From: Squalus acanthias
Taxonomy: Eukaryota
Assembly: GCA_030390025.1 (NCBI GenBank)
Contig: CM059433.1
Span: 9,302,001-9,366,000 of the forward strand
DNA: 64,000 nucleotides
Direction of reading: 5' to 3'
Shown here: positions 36,852 to 49,935 of the stretch, in pieces
How the letters are laid out: each line of letters begins with the position of its first letter
How positions within the stretch are numbered: the first letter of the stretch is position 1
The notes under the pieces: generated by a model
Seen by the model: the letters and a program-made list of their open reading frames with translations, nothing else
Told to the model about the DNA's origin: nothing
The model's database searches: none
Translations under genes and position numbers: made by a program

Positions 36852-38019
36852 ATCCCTACCAGGTTCCCTCTCTCCTCGCCCCCACCAGTTATCCAGCTGC
36901 CCTCCAACACTGCCTTGATCTAAAACCTGTACTGATCTTAACTTCCTGTGTGCAACACCAGGAGAGATTGACTAGTATAAAGATTTATATTTTAAATAGC
37001 AAGCTATTCTCTTAAAATTTACTTCATTACCAACGTGGTTTAAGTATAGAGAGACAGGGATTGGTAGCTATGGAAACTTAGTTAAATTTAGCTCCCTCTC
37101 AATTCAGACATCACAACTGCAGTTATCAAAGAAATGGCATCTTATTTTAAAATGCACTAAATAGAAGTAACAAGCTTTACCCATAAAACTCAATCATCAG
37201 TGTACTTGAAATCCACTCAGGTACTGAAAACAGCAATACTTCCATTAAAATGCACCTTGGAGAATGTATCACAGGGTGCTGAAACATACAGAACTGTGCC
37301 CCAGCATCAACTGCCACCTTCAATAAAATATACCATTTTACAAAATCTAGGTTTGGGTTTTTAAAAACATGGAAAGTAATCAGTTTATACCATTGATGCA
37401 GTTAAGAGTATGAATTACAGCCTTAAATTGACATTTCAATGTTTTCTTAGCAAGCCACAAACAAGAGAGAAGAACCACTCACTCAGTCATGGGAAGTGAA
37501 ACTGTGGACTGGTGGTACCTCCAGTCAACCAATGCAGGGTTCGAATAGTGCAAGCTACCACTCACTCATTCCTTCCTTTCCCAGATGAGGAGAGCATCAC
37601 AGCAGTAATGGAATAAGTATGGGGGTGGCAGGCTTATAAAAGGAAACAGTCGACAAATGAAGGCCTTAAATACAACATTTCGATAACACCCCATATCCTT
37701 GGAATTTGTCCAAGATTACAAAACTTCAATGAGACTTCCCCACAGCCCCAATTATACATATGCACAAGACATTGTTATTACTAATGTTTGAATTTAGGAT
37801 AGGCAACTTAGAGATAATAACATTTACTGCACTCATTTTGCCAAGAAAGGACTAAAATGTACTCATCGATTAAAAAAAGTAGTACAAGTTGAAAATAGAC
37901 TTCCATTGATATTTTCAACAGCAATAGAAAAAAAGAGAAACTTACAATGGTTTCCATTCAGCCTCAGTTATGAGATCATAGCCTTAGTTGAAGAAATAGA
38001 GCCTCTTGTTATGCAACAG

Positions 38020-40340
38020 GTTTTAAGCTCATGAACTTATGTGTCTCCAAGATTGAGACCATCTGTTCAGCTGCCTCTGTTGCTTCCCTCCCTTTCCCTA
38101 GCCCACCGGGCCAAACTTCCTCTAAAGATCCCCCCTGCCCTAGCCCTGAACTCTCATCTTTCTGTAGTTTCTCTCCCATCATGCCCTCTGAACTCATCTT
38201 GTTCATGAGACACACCTCTTGGTTCCTTGACCCTATTCCCACTAAAATGCTGACCACCCAACTTCCCTACCTGGTCCCCATATTAGCTGATATTGTTAGT
38301 GGTTCTCTCTCCTCAGTTACTGTCCAGGCCCCCCCACCTCCCCCTGCCTTCAAATCTGCAGTCATCATCCCCTCCTCAAAAAAAAACAACCCTTGACCCC
38401 TCCGTCCTTGCAAACTACCGCCCCACCTCCAACCTCCTTTTGCTCTCCAAAGTCGTTCAACGTGCAGACGCCTCCCAAATCCGTGTCCATCTTTCTCCAA
38501 ACTCCATGTTTGACTCCCTCCAATCAGGTTTCCGCCCCTGCCACCAACGTTCCCGCTAAGCTGCGCAGCAGTCTGTAGGACCAACTTTTCAAATGTGAAA
38601 TTTCGCACATGCACAAATATTTGAATGGGCCTCTTAAAAGGGACGGCGCACCCCAAAAGAATTTAGGGGGAACAGAGTTGCTTCAGCACTGCGGCAGGCA
38701 AAGTCACAAGTAACATCCTATGTGACTGTGACAATGGTAAACTATCCCTCCTCAACCTTTGACACGGTTGAACATGCCATCCTCCTCCAGCACCTCTCCA
38801 CCATCGTCCAGCTGGGTGGGACTGCCCTCGCCTGGTTCCATTCTGATCTATCTAATCATAGCCACAGAATCACCTGCAATGGCTTCCCTTCCCACTCCCG
38901 CATCGTTACTTCTGGTTTCCCCCAAGGATCTATCCCTGGCCCCCTCCTATTTCTCATCTACTTGTTGCCCCTCTGACATCAGCCAAAAACAAAGTGCCAG
39001 TTTCTACACATACGCTGATGACACCCAGCTCTACCTCACCACCACTTCTCTCAACCCCTCCACTATCTCCGAATTGTCACGCTGCTTGTCTGACATCCAG
39101 TACTGGATGAGCAGAAGGTTCCTCTAACTAAATATTGGGAAGACCAAAGCCATTGTCTTTGGTCCCCGCCACAAACTTCGTTCTCTAGCCACTGGTTCAG
39201 TCTCAGACAGTTGCCAGGGAGAGGGATATACATAGAAACATAGAAACTAGGAGCAGGAGTCGGCCATTCGGCCCGTCGAGCCTGCTCCACCATTCAATAC
39301 GATCATGGCTGATCATCCAAATCCAGTACCCTATCCCTGCTTTCTCACACAGAATCCCCATCGAGCCTGCACCGACATATATCCCACCCTATCCCCGTAA
39401 CCCCACGTATTTAATTCCCCCTAACATATCCCTTCCTATCCTATCCCCGTAACCCCACATATTTAATCCCCCCCCTAACACTAAGGGTCAATTTATCATA
39501 GCCAAATCAACCTAACCCGCACATTTTTGGACTGTGGGAGGAAACCGGAGCACCCGGAGGAAACCCACGCAGACACGGGGAGAATGTGCAAACTCCACAC
39601 AGACAGTCACCCGAGGCCAGATTCGAACCCGGGTCCCTGGCGCTGTGAGGCACCAGTGCTAACCACTATGCCACCGTGTTGCCCTCTGATGGAGTCAGAT
39701 TGTTCGCAACCTTGGTGTCGTCTTTGACTTCAAGATGAGCTACTGACCACACATCCGCGCCATCACCGAGACAGCCTGTTTCCACCTCCGTAACATCGCC
39801 CGACTCCGCCCCTGCCTCAGCTCATCTGCTGCTGAAACTCTCATCCATGCCTTTGTTACCTCTACACATGACTATTCCAAAACACTCCTGGCTGGCCTCC
39901 CATATTCCACTCTCCATAAACTTAAAGGTCATCCAAAGCTCTGCTGCTCGTGTCCTAAGTTGCACCAAGTCCCGTCCACCCATCACCCCTGCGCTCGCTG
40001 ACCTGCATTGGCTCCCGATTAAGCAACACCTCAATTTTGAAATTCTGATCAGTTTTCAAATCCCTCCATGGCCTCGCCTCTCCCCGGTCTCTGTAACCTG
40101 CTCCAGCCCTACAACCCTCCAAGATATCTGTGCTCCTCAAATTCTGACCTCTTGAGCATTCCCGATTTTAATCACTTCATCATTGGCGGCCATGCCTCCA
40201 GCTGCCAAGGCCCATGCTTTGGAATTCCCTTCCTAAACCTCTCCACCCCTCTTTCCTCCCTGAAGATGCTCCTTAAAACCTACCTCTGGAACAAGCTTTT
40301 GGTCATCTACCCTAATATTTCCTTATGTGGCTTGGTGTTG
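38020..40340 (+). mobile_element. L2 LINE RT-to-3' fragment with a nested hAT MITE (~38545-38680) and a CR1-tailed V-SINE
   Basis: LANYRP, GFPQGSIPGPLLFLIY, YADDTQLY, LADLHWLPIKQ. Confidence 0.87.
39230..39685 (-). mobile_element. V-SINE (HE1-like) with tRNA head and CR1-derived tail
   Basis: V-domain GGAGGAAACCGGAGCACCCGGAGGAAACCCACGCAGACACGGGGAGAATGTGCAAACTCCACACAGAC. B box GGTTCGAATC on minus. CR1-type tail at 39230-39345. Confidence 0.85.
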
Positions 40341-41540
40341 ATCCAAATGCTTTTATTCATCCCCCTCTCCACCCCGCCCCCAGATGGCAGTAATTCAGCA
40401 TAAAATCTTGTACAGTCTTTCACTGGTTTTTCTAAATCATATCTTGCATTTCACAAGGACACACAAATTACAAGTACACACACACTGATTTCCATTACAC
40501 AATTCCAAATCAAAACATTTAAAAAAGATACTGGAGGTAAAAATGTCATCTACATTTCAGCAAAATGAAATCTGAAGTCTGAAGAATTCCATTTCTGCTA
40601 ATGCTAGCAGAAAATTTGAAATGGCAGCAGATAATGCCCACCTCTAATCACTTCCCTATAAACATAGGGAAAGTGAGAATCACCATGTTGGGCAACAAAA
40701 TGCCCGGCTTGGACTCCATAGTTTAACGGTTAGTATACGAATACCTGAAACGCGGTATTCCGATGCTCGATAAGGTCTCCTCAACCAGCAAGCATCACTC
40801 CAGGGCGTACACACGCACGCACACCTTTTACAAGCAATGTCCTTGCACTTCTAGTTTTTCCATTTTTGGCATGAGCACACTCAAACATACGCAACAGTCT
40901 TTAGATTTGTACATCTGCAACATGTATTCATGTGGCATTTTATGAAGCAAAACACAAATTCATGTAGTGAAGTAAATGAAAGTACAAATTAAACAGTAAA
41001 AATTAATTTTCAAATAAGCAAGCATTTCACCAACATGTACACTTTTGCCATTGAGAAGTACCATTATTAAATGAGTGCTTAATTCCCATTTCAAGAATTA
41101 GAATGTTTTGATAAATGCAATGCAACAAAAACTGAACTTTTGTCTGTGGTTTCTCTATTCTAGTTTAGATTTAACTTTTCAGTTTTGAATATCAACATAG
41201 GAGTTACAATATTTTATGTCAACAAGTTTCTTCAGATAATATCTGGTTTACTCACTACGAAGTACTTTGACAACTCTCGCAAGAACACTTTGTGTAATCT
41301 CATTAGGACAGGCTGCAGGAAGTTAGATGTTGGACTTTGATCAGAAAAATTAATCTAGTTAAAAGGTGCATTGAACCCAGCTACAAATGGAAAAATGTCT
41401 AATGTCTATTGTGGGCTGAAACAGTGTCAAATTTCACAAAGATGATGTATATTTACAGTCCTCTTAGCACCCTCTTCAAAAGGAATTAGGATATTAAAAT
41501 ATTTCCTGTATTAGCAGTTCAGTTGTCTCATCATGGAGCA

Positions 41541-42603
41541 CGGGGACAGTTTTCATTTGGATTGCATATCGGATAGATGGTGGACGGGATGCGCGCTGTG
41601 CCCAAAGCAATCAGCATGTGGTTTGTAAAATTTTCATGGCCAGGCCCAATTTAAATTAATTGAGACCAGCCAGCACGAAATGTGCAGCCTATAGACAGCT
41701 TGTTGATTAGGATAGCAGGAAATCCAAAGTTTTCACTTTCTATTTAACTCACACACACTCACGCCCAGCGTGACAGCCTCGTGGCACAGTGCGCTGACAC
41801 TCATCTGCTGCTGCTTACCCTTGCCACTAAATGCTAACCCGCATCTTTCTAGATCAGATGCCTTGCAGTCACACGGACGGAGGGGGGAGAATCCTTCAAA
41901 AGATGCATTCTCACTCTTTCAAATCACCAGCACAGAAAATGGCACCCTGCATTGCATAAATACAGCGTTAGAGGAGTCTGCACTTGGTGATTTACTAAGC
42001 ACAAGAGTGTGGGAGTTGGTACCAGTGGAAAGGACAGCCTGGGAAAAAGCACACCAGAAGGCCAAATTGCATCCCAGTTCTGCTGAAGAGGACAAAGATG
42101 CAGACTTTAGGGGCCCAGCCTTTCACAGAAAGATGTTTTCTATGCAATGGATTGGACTGCCTGCCAGGGAGCTTCTGTAGTATGTTAAGAGTGTGGAGGA
42201 GTCCATTACCAACTTGTGCAGGGTTGTGGCGCTTGGCATTGACACTCTGCCATTAACCATGGAGCTTATGGTCACCTCAATGGATGCTGCATGCTGGGCC
42301 ATAATTTCAGGAGCCGTGCAGCCTTTGAGTTCAACCATCTTCTCTGCCATGGGCAGGCTGGGAGACCGAATGGATAGGGGTCTCAGCCAGATCACTGATG
42401 TCCCACAGTCTGCTCTCCCACAGATCAATGAGAGGGCTGAGCTACAGCCTGATAGCAGGGGCAGTCATGAAACGGGAATGAACTGGAACATTTAGCCATT
42501 TCAGGATGACAGCATATCTGGACCTTTGTAACCCCCTCAACCAATACACTTCCATTTTCATGTGTAAATGGGGCAGTAGGGACACCAAAAAAAAATCACC
42601 CCC
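41541..42603 (+). mobile_element. Internally deleted Harbinger-like element (accessory-ORF remnant)
   Basis: MEESITNL..MELMVTSM resembles MEESISSM..MERVATCM at 33830. GGGG..TTTT / AAAATCACCCC termini. Confidence 0.5.
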
Positions 42604-43519
42604 ATAAATTTGCAAAATTGAGTTGTTTTACCAAAGAAAGAGATACTGAATTTTAAACAAAAAATACTCACCGATAATGATTTGGAAGAGCACTCACTAG
42701 TAGTACTATTGTACAAATAATATTATGCAGAAGGCAGCGCAATGCTAAAGCTTTGGACAAGAATTACTTGTCCAATTGGAATCTGTAAGCTTATAGAGCA
42801 GGCAACTGTAATTGTTGGACAAGAATACACAATCTTTGTCGCTCCCGTCCCCTTTACACAAGGCTGTAGTTACTCAAATTTTAGTAAACACTAGCTAATC
42901 TCCTGTGGCATTGCTCACAGACAAAATATAATAAATTGCATGTCTCTCTTCCTACAACCTTTGTTTTATCCTCTCTGTCTTTGTTGGCTTTCCACGCTTG
43001 CCTGTTCTTCCTGTATGGCTCTTGTTCTCTAATGATGTTCTCTGCATTTCTCCATCTCTTTTACTTAGCGTTTCTTTCTCCAACTTTCTGCATGCCTCTC
43101 CGTATAAGTTTTCCTGTTTCTTCACTTCTCCATCCCTCTGCCACACTCCCTAGAGTCACTTAGAGCTGGTCTTGGACCCCTGACGTTCTTACTGTTAGAG
43201 GAGGCAGTACTGTTACAGAAGAGATGGTAAGCTGCTAGGCAGCCACAGCCTGGCTGAAAAGGAGTACAGTAGCTGGTTATTATGGGGAAGAGAGAGAAAA
43301 AGGTCTCCAGTAACCACATGATCAATAATGCATTAACAGTTATGTGGTTAACACAAACCAAAATCAGATCTGGGAGACCGTGACAGTCACAATTTTTTTT
43401 AAATTTACAACTAGTGCATGTCCCATAATGTTGCATACATTAATTCAGAGGATATAGTCGCACTCTTACCAATTAGCTTCTTGTTGCTGCTTCTCAATCT
43501 CTCACCCCTTCTGCTTCAC

Positions 43520-44165
43520 AACAACAATTTGCATTTATATAGCGTCTCTGGACATAATAAATACCCCAAGGTACTTCACAGCAGCGTTATCAGACAAAAT
43601 TTGTCACCAAGCCACAAAGATATTAGGCCAGGTGACCTTGTTCAAAGAGGTAGGTTTTAAGAAGCGTCTTAAAGGAGAGGTAGAGAGGAAATTCCAGAGC
43701 TTAGGGACTGGACAGCTGAAGGCACGGCCACCAATGGAGGGGGAGAAGAAAATCAGGATGCACAAGAAACCAGAATTGGAGGAACGTAGAGATCTCGGAG
43801 GGTATTAGGGCTGGAGGAGCTTACAGAGGGGCAAGGTCAGGGAAGATGAGAATTTTAAATTTGAGGTATTGCTGGGTCGGGAACCAATGTAGGTCAGCGA
43901 GCACATGGGTGATGAGTGAATGGGACTTGGAGAGAGTCAGGATGCAGGCAGCAAAGTTTTGGATGAGCTGAAGTTTATGGAAGGCGGAAGAAGGGAAGCC
44001 GGCCAGGAGAGCATTGGAACAAGTAGAGTCTGGAGGTAACAAATGCATGGATGAGAGTTTCAGCAGCAGATAGGCCGAGGCAGGGGCGGGGATGGGCAAT
44101 ATTATGGAGGTAGAAATACGCGGTCTTGGTGATGGAGAGGGTATGGAGCCAGAAGCTCAAGTTCG
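43520..44165 (-). mobile_element. L2 3' fragment
   Basis: KLQLIQNFAACIL..LADLHWFP..LKFKILI. Confidence 0.85.
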
Positions 44166-46055
44166 CTCTATCCACTCCACTTTTTAGGTAGCAGCTAGTA
44201 GGTGGTACTGCATATTGTGGTATAGAAAGTGCTGTTGATGGCTGTAGACCATATTTTCCAGTGGTGGGTGGAGAGAAAATAAAATGGCCTGCAGTGCTTG
44301 GCGGGCCAACTTCCTTCCCCACCCTTCTGTTCCCATTTCATTCAGTACCCCTCCACTTTCTCAATACTCCTGCCCTTTCCAGCACAACCTCACTACCATT
44401 GCCTCTCTACCCCTAAATCCTTCTCTCCCCGTCACCTCTACTTGCCCCTCTATCCATTCTCCCCCTTCATCCTCCATTCCATCTTCCTTCACCCACTACA
44501 CAAGGGCAGGTAGATAACATCCTCACTCTCCTCCCCACCTTCCAGTCCCCTTTACATCCCTTCCCCATCCTACCCAACTGCCCCAAGTCCCCTGTCTATT
44601 GTTCTCATGCACACCCATGACCATATCCACGATCCCCTTCCCCCCAAAACTGGTAGAGTCTCCTCCCCGTCCCAGTCACTTAAGCTTCATCTTAACTCAT
44701 GCCTTGACAAAGCTGGGATGCTTCATTGGGAGCAAATAAAAACACAAGGGAGGGCCAGAAGTAATGTAATGGAAAAGTATTAAAGGAAGTAAGCAAGAGA
44801 CTTACAGCAAGCACATATTGTACATGATTTTTAACAGGCACAGTTTTGAATTACTCATGCTTCAAATTGTTAAAGTATTTTTTAATTATGTTTTTTATAC
44901 AAGAGTAATAAAGGTAATCATTTCACACTAGATTCCTTTGATCTGCAACCAAGAAATTATAAGTACCTACCAATCCATAAACCTCACCAACAATTAACAT
45001 CTAATTGGCCCCAAGCATCTTGCTATTGAGAGCAATTAGGTATTGTGGACTAACAAGCCAAGTTAAACATAACTATATCACGAGTTGTGCATTATATCGT
45101 GCAATGCTGCCGTTTTCACACAAACAAAAAAGGAGTGCATTGTTTTTAAGCAACCTCATTTTTACAAAGGCTAATTTAATCACAAGAGGGACATAAATTC
45201 AGGGGAGTGGGCACTGGAGTTCTAAATCTGCTATGGAGCAGTAGGATCCTGGATAGTGACTTCTTAGCCACACAGAGGTCAACTACTACTTCAAAAGGGA
45301 GGGAGAAAAAGGTAGCTATTTAAATTATGAACTATTCCTTGCAGTGGTAAAGATCAACTACTGTACATGTTAAGTGCTATCCCCCACTGAACACCTTTTT
45401 AAAAAAAAAAAAAAATATTTCACAGAACAATGTTCAGTTAAATTGCAACTTGGAACGCAGCAAATACTAAAGTCGTTTATTCAACCCAAATACAGATTAT
45501 AGCTCACCTCCCAATTCCATTAAACTTACTCACTCGATGTCAAGTCATTCATCGTACACAAACGTGGGTGAAGCTCAATTCTTACTTGATAGTAAAGCTC
45601 CCCAGTGAAGTTATCACTTTCTTGCAGATTTGTTCAGAAAGAAACACTAAACTTAAAAAAAAAAACTTCTAAATTTTTTTTCAGGTTATTGTTTTGCTGA
45701 TCGCCTGCAGTATACTATTGACCTTTACATACCATTATCTACCAATTATTACTTGGCAGTTATTTAGGGCTGATGTCCATAATGCAAGATACTATGAATA
45801 TGGAAAAGAGTGAAATGTTTACTGTTTCAGTGTATGCCGACAGAAATCAGCATTACTACTACTTCTGGCAGGTCTCAGTAAAAGTCATTCCAGACAGCCC
45901 CGAAATTAGTTTGTGCACAGAGAGAGCGAGCACTTGTGTACAAGAAATTCTATCAATCGTATGCATGTGTAGAAGCTGCACAATTGTGAACGTGCACGGC
46001 GGTTGTGGGAACGAGACGCTGCCTTGGCCTGGCCCAGGATTTGATAGCGCGCAAT

Positions 46056-46171
46056 GAAGTTCTGACGAAAGGTTTTCGACCTGAAACACACTCCACGGAT
46101 GCTGCCTGGCCTGCTGAGTTTTTCCAGCATTTTCTGTTGTTATTTCGGATTTCCAGCATCCGCAGTATTTT
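46056..46171 (+). mobile_element. Single Penelope-like terminus (family A) with hammerhead core
   Basis: CTGACGA-A-AGGT(TTTCG)ACCT-GAAA at 46062-46086, followed by the same body as 4601, 19812 and 27395. Possible TSD GCAAT. Confidence 0.7.
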
Positions 46172-46442
46172 GCAATTGATATGCTTTCTTTGGAATAGAA
46201 GGGGTGACAGATTGTGCGCCTTTTGTTCTAAACTTAAAAAATGTGATCAGTTAAATAATGTTCTTCTAGCTCTTCAAAAGGCTCAGTGTAAGAGTGTGGG
46301 AGCTGTAGTTCCAAGGAAAAGCAATTACCCTGTACCTTGATTTTTTTGTTCTATTTTTATAGAATGTGGAGTTAAGGAAGAAAAAGAATAGAGTTGAAGT
46401 GTTAAGAGTAATGAGACATCTTCCTGCACTTGGAGAGATACA

Positions 46443-47030
46443 GAAATGCAAGTTGCTGTTACGTTCTTTACATCCAAGCTACTTGCATTTGAAAGTGTTG
46501 TATTTACATCTATTTTAATTACTCCCTCTATGGCAAGGATATACTTGCCACAGAGAGAGTGCAGCAAAGGTTCACCAGACTGATTCATGGGATGGCAGAA
46601 CTGTCGTATGAGGAGAGATTGGGTCAACTAGGCCTGTATTCACTAGAGTTTAGAAGAATGAGAGGGGATCTCATTGAAACATAAAATTCTGACAGGGCTA
46701 GACAGACTGGATGTTTCCCCTGGCTGGGGGGGGTCTAGAACGAGGGGTCACAGTCTCAGGATACGGGGTAGGATATTTAGGACTGAGATGAGGAGAAATT
46801 TCTTCACTCAGAGGATGGTGAACCTGTGCAATTCTCTACCACAGAAGGCTGTGGAGGCCAAGTCACTGAATATATTTGAGATAGATTTCTAGACACAAGG
46901 CATCAAGGGGCATGGGGAGAGAGCGGGAATATGGTATTGAGATAGAGGATCAGCCATGATCATATTGAATGGTGGAGCAAGCTCGAAGGGCCGAATGGCC
47001 TACTCCTGCTCCTATTTTTCTATGTTTCTA
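46443..47030 (+). mobile_element. Chimeric head + fold-back + CR1 3' unit (copy 2, uninterrupted)
   Basis: Head GAAATGCAAGTTGCTGTT..., then hairpin ACTCCCTCTATGGCAAG-GATATA-CTTGCCACAGAGAGAGT, then CR1 3' end to CTATGTTTCTA. Confidence 0.82.
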
Positions 47031-49089
47031 TTATAAGTAAGCCTACCAGTCCATTATTTACATTACTATCATTCAATTGTGCTCCATTCATGCATATAGA
47101 CATGCTGTGTTATGCTCACTGTATATTACCTCCTGATGGCACAAAAATCATGCCAATTGTGACTTGTAACAATTAGATATTTTCAATAATAAAATTAAGT
47201 AACACTTCTAGAATAAATTTTATTATTTTTAGTTTCAAAGGCTGAATTGCATTACACTCCAAAAGATGATCGTTTTTTTTAAAAAAACATACTGTGCATT
47301 TTCCAATGTTTCTGGGAGGTGGAGTCATACCTGCAGATTCCCCCCCCCCCCCCCTTTCAAGGAAATAAATTTTGCATCTTTAATGATCACATCCCCTTCA
47401 CAAATTCACACGAGATGCACCCCTGTGAAAAATGCTTCTTTATGTACTTGCAATACAAGTGTTGGATATAGTATGTACCATACAGCTTAAGTTACAAATT
47501 AATCTGCACTCTCACCACTTGTTTTCACACCATTGCCAAGGCCTTTTAAAGGTTTGGTTTCCACAGAAAATAAAAGGGTCCAACTTCTGTAATATGACCC
47601 CAAGTCACTGCTGAAATTCCTGGAATTCCATGCAGTAGAATAAAATTTAATTTATTCAGTCTCTCTAAAGCAGTGGCAGTAGTCATAGATCTGGTCTGCA
47701 TTGTGGGCTATTTTGAGTTCCTTTAGGTTATCTAAATGGTCAGATTTTTTTTTGGGGGGGGGGGGGCTTTTTCTGCTTTGTTGGAGCTATTCATCAGCTT
47801 TTGAGAGCTTTCTAGTTTGGCCATATATGGTTAAATAGAAGACAATGTAAATCAGGAAGCAGTAATTGGGTGATTTCAAGCTGTGGTTTTCCCCAATTCT
47901 GAAGATTGTAAAAGGAAGGAAATACTGAAGAGCTAACAAGTTGCAGTTTTGACTTCCAAGGAAAGAATGAGTTAGAGCAAGAGACTGTGCGATTAATCTT
48001 GATTTCAACAGTGACTGCACATGGAGTAGGGGCATATAGAATAGCTAATTAAGAGTTATGGGGAAACATTGCAGCCAAGTTTAGAAGAGCACTAGCCACA
48101 GTTGTGTTAATATATGACAGAGAAAGGATATAACAGGCTAAATGCAAGAGGATCATCCAGACAAAAGCTTATTCTTGTAATCAAATCTATTGTATAAAAA
48201 GTGTGACACTATGGAACTGTGGTTGTATGTAGTGCTGTTACATGATCCATTGAGAAGAGCAGGACACTCCTTAACGTTATGCGACAGGCTGCTCTACTTA
48301 TCCTCTCCCCTCCTGGTATTTCAAAGTGGCATTTACCCTCATAATTTTTACCAACCCTTCCCTAAATGGCCTCCGATACCCAATCAACTCAAACTGTGTC
48401 AAACCAGAATTTTTTTTTAAACTCAGATACCTCCGAAGGCAATTATTTAGCTAAAGCTGCAAGCCACAACCCAAAGAGCCAGCAGCAGTGGGTCCACTTT
48501 TAAATTCCCATCATTCCCCCCTCCCCACGAGCAAATCTCATTACACTGTAAAACGATCTTCAAAATTATCCCTCCTAAAATTAGCTTCTACCTTCATACA
48601 ACATCCCCCAACATCAACTTGTAATTTAAGCTGCAGGTGTGCATAACATTCAACACTTGTATTGTAGCGAAAAATTAAAGTACATAAAAAAAGAGCATTT
48701 TTCCCCACAGGGGAGGATCTAGAAAATGTTGGCGTTGTCCATTGGCCAAGGGAGAAAGCAAATGAACTTGGAAAGCGGTCATGCGTGTATGGGCATTTAA
48801 ATCCCCCAACAGGAACAGAAGAATTAAGCGAACAAATCATCCTACTGGAGAACATCAAGCAGAATCTGTTCATTATCCATATATCCCAACACCTTAATCC
48901 TCTTGCAACCAAGGAGACACTGAGCCCGCTCCTCCACCCTGTGAAGAAACTCGGATGCCACCCATTCCTCCACACTCCACCCCACCACCCCCCCCATCCT
49001 GAATCCAGTTATCATCACCTTCTAACACCGCTTGACTTGAATAATGTGCTTGGTCTCGGCCCTTGCAATCCCACCGAGCCAAAGGGGAT

Positions 49090-49612
49090 ATTAACAAAGT
49101 GACAGAGAGGTAGGTTTTAAGGAGTGTCTTAGAAGAGGAGTGAGAAGTAGAGAGGCAGCAAAGTTTAGGACGGAATACCAGAGCTTAGGGCCTAGACAGC
49201 TGAAGGCACAGCCGCCAATGGTGGAGCGAGGAAAGTCAGGGATGCACAAGAGGCCAGAACTGAGAGAACGCAGGGTTCTCGGAGGGTTGAAGGGCTGGAA
49301 GAGGTTGCAGAGATAGGGAGGGGCGTGGCCAGAGAGATTTGAACACTAGGATGAGAATTTTAAATTCAAGGCATTGGTGGACCAGGAGTCAACGTAGGTC
49401 AGCGAGCACAGGAGTGATGGTGAACATACGGCGAGAGTTAGGAGAAGGGCCGCAGATTTTGGATGAGCTCATGTTCATGGAGGGTGGAAAGTAGAAGTAA
49501 CAGAAGCATGGATGAGGATTTCAGCAGCAAATGGGCAATGCTACAGAGGAGAAATTAGGCAGCCTTGGCGAGGAAGAGGATATGGGTTTAGAAGCTCGGC
49601 TCAGGGACAATT
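49090..49612 (-). mobile_element. L2 3' fragment
   Basis: Colinear with the other minus-strand L2 tails (43520, 60590). Confidence 0.8.
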
Positions 49613-49935
49613 AGATCGGGGGACCTCCTCGTAGGACTGCTCCTGGGCCTGGCCAAAGTGGCCATCAACTGGTCCAGGCAACGGGGTCGTTCTACCCGAC
49701 TGCCTGCCTCACTTCCGCGACCACGTTCGCTCCCCCGAGTGGCCCTGGAGATGCAACACGCAGTGGGCACCGCAGGGACTGGAATGCATCATCACCCCGG
49801 CCAACTAAATTTTAATTTAATTTGTCAAGTTTTATTTCATGGTTTTTTGAGTTACAGTTTATTTGGTTATCAGCCATACAAAAAAGAGTACACACAAAAA
49901 TGGCCACTCCTTGAGGGACCAAATGGTCACTAAAA
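49613..49935 (+). mobile_element. L1/Tx1-clade LINE 3' fragment
   Basis: DLLVGLLLGLAKVAINWSRQR..RVALE..HAV..WAPQGLECII resembles L1/Tx1 ORF2 C-termini; AT-rich UTR follows. Confidence 0.6.

Noticed and set aside
36773..37015. Poly-proline ORF
   Set aside because: It is only the translation of the poly(C) run.
45773..46057. 94-aa ORF in non-repeat-looking sequence
   Set aside because: No recognisable domain or convincing splice context.
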